64,000 bases of DNA from an uncultured Thermoplasmata archaeon. GTDB taxonomy: Archaea > Thermoplasmatota > Thermoplasmata > RBG-16-68-12. Where the stretch lies: NCBI GenBank assembly GCA_963768855.1, contig CAVYJM010000007.1, forward strand, positions 1 to 64,000. Direction: 5' to 3'. The notes under the pieces were generated by a model. It was not told where the DNA came from. It ran no database searches and was given only the letters and a program-made list of their open reading frames with translations. Shown piece by piece: positions 1 through 8,233 of this stretch. The position numbers were made by a program, and so were the translations under genes. Every line of letters starts with the position of its first letter. The stretch's first letter is position 1.

Positions 1-270
1 GTCACGGGGGATACCGGAGTTGACGAGGGCGTCGATCACCTTGTTCATCTGCACGGCATTGTCAGCCTGGGCCTGTTTCACATCGGTGTTCTCGGTCTGG
101 ACCGAGAATGTGACCTGCGCCCGGTCGGGAGTGCCGATCACGGTGCCGGTACCGGTGCTGTGGATGACCTTGTCATTGTCGGTACTGTCGGTTGCCGCAG
201 ATACGGTACCGATTGCTGCCACCATCAGGATGAGGAGGATGGCGATAATACGAACGGGTTTCTGCATCAT
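1..270 (-). CDS. SIMPL/DUF541 (YggE-like) secreted protein, N-terminal part, runs off the window start
   Basis: Manual translation of the minus strand from ATG at 270: MMQKPVRIIAILLILMVAAIGTVSAA...VIHSTGTGTVIGTPDRAQVTFSVQTENTDVKQAQADNAVQMNKVIDAL. Signal peptide plus the SIMPL N-terminal 'G.G.V...PD.A.v.f.V' pattern. Not in the ORF track. Confidence 0.7.
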   Translation of the reverse strand, partial: MMQKPVRIIAILLILMVAAIGTVSAATDSTDNDKVIHSTGTGTVIGTPDRAQVTFSVQTENTDVKQAQADNAVQMNKVIDALVNSGIPRD

Positions 271-542
271 GGTGTTCGCATAACCTTGATCCAAAAAGGG
301 GTTAAAGATTGCTTTAACTGCGAAAATGGTCGCAGTCATGTGATTTTTATGATTATTTCAGCTGATAATGCAGTGATACCGCAGGGTTTGCACTGTATTG
401 TCATAAAACAACAGGGCAGATCGCACAGAATTCCGCGAACCTGCAAGATAGAGGGGTAGGGAAAATTCTGATATATAGACATTACCTGCACCGCTAAGAA
501 GGTAGATTATCCTGCACCACCTATAGTACACGCGACCAGAGC

Positions 543-1795
543 ATGACAGCGACAATCGTAGAGAAGATATTCTCACGGAAATGTGGCAGCGAAGTCCGGG
601 CAGGCGAAGTGGTCATGGCACCCCTTGACGGGGCTATGATCCATGATATTACCGGCCCGCTTGCCATCCAGAAGTTCTACGAGATGGGCGGGAAGAAGGT
701 CTTTGACCCGAAGCGTGTCATTATGCTCTTCGACCACCAGATCCCGGCCGACTCGATCGAGGCGGCAAACAACCATGTCTACATGCGGAAATTCGCCGCA
801 GAGCAGGACATCCACAACTACGACATCAACGAAGGGGTCTGTCACCAGGTGACCATGGAGAAGGGCAGGGCAGCACCGGGCGAGATCGTTGTCGGTGCAG
901 ACTCGCACACCTGTATGTACGGTGCTACCGGGGCATTTGCTACCGGCATCGGGTCTACCGATATGGGTTTTGCATTAAAATTCGGCTCCCTCTACTTTAA
1001 GGTACCGGAGACTATACAGGGCAGAAGTCACGGGCAAATTCCAGAAACGGGTTGGTCCAAAAGACCTGATCCTCTCCATTGCTGCAGATATCGGGGCTGA
1101 CGGGGCAACCTACAAGGCGATCCAGTTCACCGGGAAGACCATTTCGAAGATGGACATGTCCGGACAGGATGACGCTCTGCAACATGGCCATCGAGATGGG
1201 CGGCAAAGCAGGCATCGTTGCACCGGATAAGGTGACCTGGGAGTACATGAAAGGGCGGCGGAAGATGAAGCCGTTCGAGCTGGACAGCGACCCCGACGCG
1301 AAGTTTGCGGAGAAGCGTTCCTACAATGTTTCTGATCTCGAGCCGACCGTAGCCATCCCCCACAACGTGGATACCGGTGTCCCGGTCAGCAAGGTTGCCG
1401 GCACTCACGTGGACCAGGTCTTCATCGGCTCGTGCACGAACGGGCGGTTCGAGGATCTCGAAGAGGTTGCCGAGGTGCTCGGGAAGAAGAAATTCAACCC
1501 GAAGATCCGGGTCATCATCATCCCGGCATCCCGGGACGAGTACCTAAAGACCCTCAAGGCAGGGCTCATCGAGAAGTTCGTCAAGGCCGGGGCACTGGTG
1601 GAGGCGCCGTGCTGCGGGCCGTGCATGGGCGGGGCGTTCGGCCTGATCGCCCCGGGCGAGGTCTCGCTCGCGACATCGAACCGGAACTTCAAGGGCCGGC
1701 AGGGAAGCACTGAGGGCAAAGTCTACCTCTGCTCCCCGGCAACGGCAGCCGCGAGTGCGATCACGGGCGAGATCACCGACCCGCGGGAGGTCTGA
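543..1795 (+). CDS. leuC: 3-isopropylmalate dehydratase/homoaconitase large subunit, interrupted by two apparent +1 indels (~1017, ~1164)
   Basis: Aconitase-family motifs [30 protein letters not shown]. The segment [18 protein letters not shown]...GATYKAIQF lies in a third frame between track ORFs 543-1100 and 1079-1795. Confidence 0.85.
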
Positions 1796-2355
1796 TGATG
1801 GCAGCAAAGAAGATCAGGTACAGGTAAAAAAGATGGTTGTTGACCATACCCCCGCAACAAAGAATATGCGGGTCTGGAAGTTCGGGGATGATATCGATAC
1901 CGATGCCATCATCCCGGGACGGTTCCTCATCATCAACAACCCGGACGAGCTGGCAAAGCATGCCTTTGAAGGCACCCGGGACGAGTTCGCAAAGAAGGTG
2001 AAGGAGGGCGACGTGATTGTCGGTGGCCGGAACTTCGGCTGCGGTTCCTCACGCGAACACGCCCCGCTTGCCCTTATCGGGGCCGGTGTGAAGGTGGTCG
2101 TGGCACAGTCGTTTGCCCGGATCTTCTTCCGGAACTCGATCAATGTCGGTTTACTGCCCGTGGTCTGCCCGGATGCGGACAAGATCGCCGACGGGTCAAA
2201 AGTCACCCTGAATATCAGGGAAGGATACCTTGAAGCCGACGGGAATAAATACCCCATCGAACCGGTACCGGTATTCATGCAGGGCATCATCGATGCCGGT
2301 CGGCCTCGTGGAATATGCAAAGAACGTGAAGGAGATACCAGCATGTACAAGATAG
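1795..2355 (+). CDS. leuD: 3-isopropylmalate dehydratase small subunit, with apparent indels (~1820, ~2300)
   Basis: RVWKFGDDIDTD, NFGCGSSREHAP, FARIFFRN. The C-terminus [17 protein letters not shown] is in a shifted frame and ends at TAG 2353-2355. Start uncertain. Confidence 0.85.
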
Positions 2356-3405
2356 CGTCAATTGGCGGGGACGGGATCGGCCCGGAGATCGTGGCCGAGG
2401 GAAAGAAAGTACTGGAAGCGGCAGCGGAGACCTACAACTTCGATATCCAGTGGACGGACTTCGATATCGGGGCCGACCGGTATATCAATTCGGGCAAACT
2501 TGTCACCGAAGATGAACTGAAGGAACTCGCGAAGTTCAGGGCAATCTACTTCGGGGCCATTGGCGACGAACGGGTGAAACCAGGCATCCTTGAGAAGGGG
2601 ATCCTGCTCGCTCTCCGCTTCCACTTCGACATGTATGTCAACCTCCGGCCGATCAAGCTCCTCAACGGGGTCGAGACCCCGCTGGCGGGGAAAGGCCCCA
2701 AGGACATCGACTTCGTTGTCGTCCGGGAGAACACAGAAGACTTCTATGTCGGGATCGGCTCCCGGTTCAAGAAGCACGAGAAAAAGGAACTCAACGTCAT
2801 CCGGGATATCTACAGCGTGAAGTTTGGTCTCGATGTCGAGAGCGATGCCGAGGAGATCGCGTACCAGATCGGGGTCATCACCCGCGAAGGTTCACGCCGG
2901 GTCCAGACCTATGCCTTCGACCTTGCCATGCAGAGGAAGAAGAAACTCACCTCCGTTGACAAGGCCAATGTCCTATCTGACGTGTACGGGCTCTGGCGCG
3001 ACGTCTTTACCGAGACCGCGAAAGTCCTATCCCGATGTCAAGACGGACTTCAATTTCGTGGACGCAGTCACCATGTGGTTTGTCAAGAACCCCGAATGGT
3101 TCGACGTGGTCGTGACACCCAACATGTTCGGCGACATCATCACTGACCTCGGCGCCATGATCCAGGGAGGGCTCGGCCTGGCCCCGGGTGGCAACATCAA
3201 CCCGAAGGGGACCTCGATGTTCGAGCCCATTCACGGTTCAGCCCCGAAATACAAGGGAATGGGCGTGGCAAACCCCGTTGCCACCATCTGGGCCGGTTCG
3301 CTCCTGCTCGACCACCTTGGGGAGCACAAGGCAGCAGCGGCAATTGTCACTGCTATTGAAAAGAGCATCAAAGACGGTGTAGTCACCAAGGACCTGGGTG
3401 GCTCT
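2343..3405 (+). CDS. leuB: 3-isopropylmalate (isocitrate/isopropylmalate family) dehydrogenase, frameshift ~3027, 3' end cut by a junction
   Basis: [61 protein letters not shown]; the sequence then switches abruptly into another gene. Confidence 0.85.
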
Positions 3406-3880
3406 GCACCCGTACACGAAAGCGCTCCTGTCCGCAATCCCCGTGCCCGACCCTACGAAGCGCGCGCGGAAGGAGCTGCCCAAGGGGGAGGTGCCCGACG
3501 CCGTCTACCCGCCCGCGGGCTGCCGCTTCCACCCGCGGTGCTCCGCCGCGCTCCCGACCTGCGGCTGGGAGGGGCGGGACCTGCTGGACTTCTTGGAGCA
3601 GCGCTGGCTCGCTCCCGACGTCGCGACGCGAGAGGCCGCCCTCGGACCCGTCGAGGTCTGGTCCGCGGAAGGGCTCGAGGCGTGGAGGCTGGTGAAGGAT
3701 TCCGGGGAGCAGGCCCAGGCGCTCCTGACCGCGGCGCTGGCGGATGCCATGCCCGCGATGCACGGCGCCGTCGAGTCCGTCTCCATGCAGGGTGGTGAGC
3801 TGCGAGTCCGCTTCCGGCCCCCGGCGGAGCTTGCCCCCAAGCAGGTCGAGGGCCGCAGGGTGGAATGCCTCCTCTACTGA
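3404..3880 (+). CDS. C-terminal fragment of an oligopeptide/dipeptide ABC transporter ATP-binding protein (oligo_HPY domain), 5' part missing
   Basis: [17 protein letters not shown] ... [10 protein letters not shown]...C ... VECLLY. No Walker motifs are present because the gene begins at the junction. Confidence 0.8.
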   Translation: MHPYTKALLSAIPVPDPTKRARKELPKGEVPDAVYPPAGCRFHPRCSAALPTCGWEGRDLLDFLEQRWLAPDVATREAALGPVEVWSAEGLEAWRLVKDSGEQAQALLTAALADAMPAMHGAVESVSMQGGELRVRFRPPAELAPKQVEGRRVECLLY

Positions 3881-3911
3881 GCGAGAAGGCTTAAGTCCTG
3901 CGGGGATTTGA

Positions 3912-4850
3912 GTGCCGGCCATGGAAGACCTCGGTCGGTTCGCGGCATCCTTCCCCCAGTTCTGCGACCGCGCCGCGGTCCGGGTCCCGGGCTCTGGGGT
4001 GCTCCCGTCCCTGGAGGGCGCGCGCCCGTTCGAGATGAGTGCGGAGAACCTCTCCCGCTTCCGAATCGAGGAGCCGAAGGATTCCGAGGCCTTGCCCGCG
4101 ATGCTGAAGCTCGGACCTGAGGCCGTCGCGTTCTACGTCTCCTTCCGGCTCGACTCGGACCGCTGGGGCATCTATCTCCGGGGCCGTGGCGTCAAGGCGC
4201 TCCAGGAAGAGTACCACCGGATCCTGTGGCGGGACCTCGGGAAGTACGCAGATCGCGACGTGAGCGACATCGCCGAGCGCGTCGAGTACAGCCTCGTGCT
4301 GGACTACCTGCTCACCCATGCGAAGTTCCACCATCTCGTGGACCGCACCGCCGCGGCCTGGGAGCAGGAGGCCGGTTCCCCCCGCTACGCACCCTATCAG
4401 GCGAAATGGTATGGCCCGCCTGCCAAGCCCATCGCGCAGCATCCCGAGGACATCGGGAACCTGGAGGAGGCCCTCGCGAACCTCGACGCGTTCCGGACGT
4501 ACGTCAACCCCACCTACGGGGAAGGCGTCGCCGCGGTCGTGGACGGCCGGCTCGATCCGCGCAACGTGGACGAGTGGAAGGCCTTCTTCGTCGGCGGGCG
4601 CTTCGCCGTGGAGATGGCGAACGTGTTCTCGCGGCAGCCCGCGGGCTGGAAGGACTTCTCCCGGTTCCTGAACCGCAAGACCGCCGTGGGCTCGACGAAC
4701 TACGTTCGGATCCAGTACTCCTACAGCCCCGATCTCCTGGAGCGCGGGCAGAAGGAGCTCGCGAAGCGGCTTGCGGGGAACGCGACGCCGCCCGTTGAGA
4801 ACCCTTTCAAGGATGCGAACGTCGAGACGCCGCCGGTGTACCTGTTCTGA
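3912..4850 (+). CDS. Hypothetical protein with a zincin-like, degenerate HExxH region
   Basis: 312-aa ORF with typical GC-rich codon usage; upstream CTTAAG box at ~3890; contains THAKFHHLVD followed by EEALAN. Confidence 0.65.
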   Translation: MPAMEDLGRFAASFPQFCDRAAVRVPGSGVLPSLEGARPFEMSAENLSRFRIEEPKDSEALPAMLKLGPEAVAFYVSFRLDSDRWGIYLRGRGVKALQEEYHRILWRDLGKYADRDVSDIAERVEYSLVLDYLLTHAKFHHLVDRTAAAWEQEAGSPRYAPYQAKWYGPPAKPIAQHPEDIGNLEEALANLDAFRTYVNPTYGEGVAAVVDGRLDPRNVDEWKAFFVGGRFAVEMANVFSRQPAGWKDFSRFLNRKTAVGSTNYVRIQYSYSPDLLERGQKELAKRLAGNATPPVENPFKDANVETPPVYLF

Positions 4851-5011
4851 GCGGCCCGCCGTTCCCCTCGGCGTGTCGGCAATCTCGGGACGTCTCCTGC
4901 GTCTGCATATGGGTGGGCGAACGCGTTTCATGGGACGGCGTCTGGCAGCTTCTGCGACCATCGGTCGAATGCCGGGCCTAGCCTTTTATCGCACGCCTCC
5001 ATTCGACCGCC

Positions 5012-5962
5012 GTGGACGCGGGCGGGAAACCGGAGCCCCGGTGGCTCCTCCAGGCGTCCATGGTTGTCCTCGTCCTGTTCTGGGGCCTCGCGTTCGTCGC
5101 GATCAAGGCCGCCGACGAGCACATGTCCTGGGTCACCCTCACGTTCCTGCGCTTCGTCTTCGCGGACGTCCTCTTCCTGGGCTACCTCGCGGTCCGTAAG
5201 GGCGAGCGAGTCCTCCCGCGGCGTGAGGACTGGCTTCCCCTCCTCGCCCTGGGATTCGTCGGGTTCACCGGCTACCACCTTTTCCTGAACCTCGGGGAAT
5301 CGAACGCGGACGTCACCGCGGGGACTGCGGCGCTCATCATCGCCTCGGACCCGGCATTCATCGCCCTCCTGGCGGTCCCCGTCCTCCGGGAGAAGCTCAC
5401 GGCCATCCGGGGCCTCGGGATCGTGATCGCCTTCGGCGGGCTCGCGGTCATGATTCTCTTCGCGAGCTCGACGAGCCAGCTCCGCTTCGCCTTCTCGACG
5501 GGAGCGCTCGAGGTGGTCCCCTCGGTCGTCTTCACGGCGTTCTACCTGGTGCTCGGGAAGAACTACCTCGCCCGCTACCGCCCGTTCGTCTTCGTGGCGT
5601 ACACGATCATGCTCGGGACCCTACTGACCCTGCCCATCGTGATTGCGGTCTGGCCCACTTTCGTCGGCGACCTCCTCAACCTGACGTGGTCCGGACTCCT
5701 CCCGGTGCTCTTCCTCTCCGTCTGCCCGACGTTCATCGGCTACAGCCTCTGGTTCCGGGCCGTCGAGCGGATGCCCGCGGCGGCGGCCGGCGCCTGGCTT
5801 TACCTCAGCACGCTCACCGCGGTCGTCGGGGGGATCCTCCTGCTGGGAGAGTCCGTGACCGAGGCGATGATCCTCGGGGGCGCGATGGTCATCGGCGGGG
5901 TGGCCGTCGCCCAGCGACTCGGGCGGAACCGAGCCGCCACGGAGAAGCCGTCGGGCGCCTGA
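5012..5962 (+). CDS. EamA/DMT family transporter
   Basis: About 10 hydrophobic segments; EamA patterns FWGLAFVAIK, LTFLRF, LREKLT, LLLGE. Confidence 0.85.
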   Translation: MDAGGKPEPRWLLQASMVVLVLFWGLAFVAIKAADEHMSWVTLTFLRFVFADVLFLGYLAVRKGERVLPRREDWLPLLALGFVGFTGYHLFLNLGESNADVTAGTAALIIASDPAFIALLAVPVLREKLTAIRGLGIVIAFGGLAVMILFASSTSQLRFAFSTGALEVVPSVVFTAFYLVLGKNYLARYRPFVFVAYTIMLGTLLTLPIVIAVWPTFVGDLLNLTWSGLLPVLFLSVCPTFIGYSLWFRAVERMPAAAAGAWLYLSTLTAVVGGILLLGESVTEAMILGGAMVIGGVAVAQRLGRNRAATEKPSGA

Positions 5963-6007
5963 AGGCAAGCGCTTTCATACCTGCGCCGCAGTCGCCCGGA
6001 ACTGGAC

Positions 6008-6853
6008 ATGTGGGCGACACGGCGGGCCACGATGGAGGACGTCCCGGGGCTTCGGGAACTCTGTACCCTCTCCGTGGGGGCCGACGATTACGTCCTCGGT
6101 TTCTTGGAGCCTTTCATCCGCAAGTCCGTGACCTTCGTCGCCGTCGACGGGGGACGGATCGTGGGGATGATGGTCTACGACGACACACCGGACGGGGCCG
6201 TATGGCTCCATGCGGCCCGGACCCACCCGGAACACCGGCGTCGAGGCGTGGCGGCCGCGCTGAACCGCGCGTGCGAAGAGCTCGCCCGTGCCCGGGGACG
6301 CAGCTGCCTCCGGCTGTGGGCAGCTGCGAGCAATACGGCGAGCGTTGCGGCGTCCGCGAGATACGGATTCGAAGAGCGTGCACGCTTCACTCGGATGCGC
6401 ATCTCCGCGGCCCATCCGGCGCAGGAAATGCCTCTCGAGCCGCTCGATCCGGCCGAGGCCTGGACCGCGACCAAGGAGTCCCCGCTCCTGCGCCGAACCG
6501 CGGGCTACGTCTTCCACGACTTCTACTTCCTCCCCCTGAGTCAAGTGAACACGGCGCTCCTCGCCCGCCGGGGCGCGATGTGGCGCTTCGGAGGCAACGG
6601 GGTCGCCCTCTCGGGGGATTTCGAGGAGGCCGGGGGAAAGGACCTGCAGGTCCAATTGCTGTTCGGGGACGCGGCCGAGATTCTTCGGGCGGCTCCCGCG
6701 ATCGGACGTGCCCGTGGCGCAGAACGGGTGGAGTCCTTCCTTCCCCACGATGCCGCGATCCTCGCATCCGCGCGCCGCGCGGGCTACGACTTCATGGAAT
6801 GGGGCCAGGAGGCCGTGCTTTTCGAGAAGCCAGTTCCGGCGACGAGCGAGTAG
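6008..6853 (+). CDS. GNAT family N-acetyltransferase
   Basis: Acetyl-CoA motif THPEHRRRGVA and NTASVAASARYGF. Confidence 0.8.
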   Translation: MWATRRATMEDVPGLRELCTLSVGADDYVLGFLEPFIRKSVTFVAVDGGRIVGMMVYDDTPDGAVWLHAARTHPEHRRRGVAAALNRACEELARARGRSCLRLWAAASNTASVAASARYGFEERARFTRMRISAAHPAQEMPLEPLDPAEAWTATKESPLLRRTAGYVFHDFYFLPLSQVNTALLARRGAMWRFGGNGVALSGDFEEAGGKDLQVQLLFGDAAEILRAAPAIGRARGAERVESFLPHDAAILASARRAGYDFMEWGQEAVLFEKPVPATSE

Positions 6854-8195
6854 CCTGGTGGGCCGCCTGCGGTCCTGCCGGAGGCGGGCGGTCGACACGG
6901 AGGTTTCCCGAACCGTTCGGGCCAGGGGCTGCGCCCCGCGGGACTCGAGTCGGTCCAGCGGCGGGGACGTCCGAGCTGACGGGCGCCCGCCCGGCCCACA
7001 CGAGCAGCCCCGCGCACACGAACGCGGAGAAGAGCACCGCGGTCGGCAGGAGGGAGAGCATCACGCTCGCCTCCGCCTCGGGGATGACCGCCGTCTGGGT
7101 CGCGAGCAGGATGAGGATGACATCCGTCAGTCCGCGGCCCATGGAGGCCAGAAGCGCTCGCCTCTCCCGTTTCGGAAAGTGCAGGGCCGCGCCGATCCCG
7201 AGCGACGTCGGTGCGCGGCCCACGACGAACGCCACCGTGAGCAGGGCGCCGAATCCAATCGTCGAGACCCCTCCCCACTCGGAGAGGAGTAGGAGCCCGA
7301 GGTAGAGGAAGAAGAACGTCCGCAGGGCGAAGGTGACCTCGGACTGAAAGCTCCTCAGGTGCTCCACGGGACGCGTGAACTCACCGACGAACTCGTCGAT
7401 GTGTTCCGAGATCGTCGCAGGGCGGTGGTAGCCGAGGACCAGCCCGAAGAGGAACACGGCCACTGCGCCGTTTTGGAACAGGAACAGCTGCGCGATCGCA
7501 TACACGATGACCGCGACGGCAAGGCTCGCGATGAACAGGAACTCCTTACCGCGGAGTCTCCGGCTGACGGCGCGCCAGCCCAAGGCGACGCCGACGGCGA
7601 CCACGGCCGCAAGGGCCGTCTGCAGGCCGTACGCGAGGAGGCTGACCTGGGAACCTGCGCCGGCCCACTCCAGGATGAAGAGGATGCCCATGACCGCGAA
7701 GACGTTCGTGATCACGCCCTCGAGGATGACGCCCGCCTCCGCACGCTCGCTGAGCCGCATACGCGGCGCGAAGCTCAGGGCGATCGAGGCGCTCGGGTTC
7801 GCCATCGCGACCGCGAGGATGAGGGACGCCACCTCCGACAGCCCGAGCACGCGGGTGGCGAACAGCCAGATCAGGAAGAACGTCAGCAGGAACGCCCCGA
7901 CGACGTGCACCATCAGAGGCCCGATCGCCCGCCCCACCTGACGGATCTTCAGCGAGAGCCCGCCCTCGAACAGGATGAAGGCGATCGTCAGCTGGAGGAA
8001 GAGGGGCAGGACCAGCTTGAGGGAGCTCAGGAGGTCCGGTCCGAAGGGTGCGACCGGGACTTCGTAGAGGACCGCGCCCAGCACGATGAGCACGAGGAAG
8101 TCCGGGATGTGATACCGCTGGAAGACGAGGTAGGCGCCGAACCCGACCAGGAGGATCGTGCCTCCGATCAGGAGGGAGATGGAGGGATCGGCCAT
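6792..8195 (-). CDS. Cation:proton antiporter (CPA/NhaP-like)
   Basis: About 12 TM helices; ILFEGGLSL, ILEGVITN, MGRGLT motifs. Confidence 0.8.
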   Translation of the reverse strand: MADPSISLLIGGTILLVGFGAYLVFQRYHIPDFLVLIVLGAVLYEVPVAPFGPDLLSSLKLVLPLFLQLTIAFILFEGGLSLKIRQVGRAIGPLMVHVVGAFLLTFFLIWLFATRVLGLSEVASLILAVAMANPSASIALSFAPRMRLSERAEAGVILEGVITNVFAVMGILFILEWAGAGSQVSLLAYGLQTALAAVVAVGVALGWRAVSRRLRGKEFLFIASLAVAVIVYAIAQLFLFQNGAVAVFLFGLVLGYHRPATISEHIDEFVGEFTRPVEHLRSFQSEVTFALRTFFFLYLGLLLLSEWGGVSTIGFGALLTVAFVVGRAPTSLGIGAALHFPKRERRALLASMGRGLTDVILILLATQTAVIPEAEASVMLSLLPTAVLFSAFVCAGLLVWAGRAPVSSDVPAAGPTRVPRGAAPGPNGSGNLRVDRPPPAGPQAAHQATRSSPELASRKARPPGPIP

Positions 8196-8233
8196 CGCTT
8201 CCTCGCGGCTCTATGCGGTCGTCAGACGTGAAG

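Noticed and set aside
1755-3146. Apparent LeuD-LeuB fusion protein in the ORF track
   Set aside because: Caused by a +1 indel near 2300. The true leuD C-terminus and stop (2353-2355) and the leuB ATG (2343) are visible in other frames.
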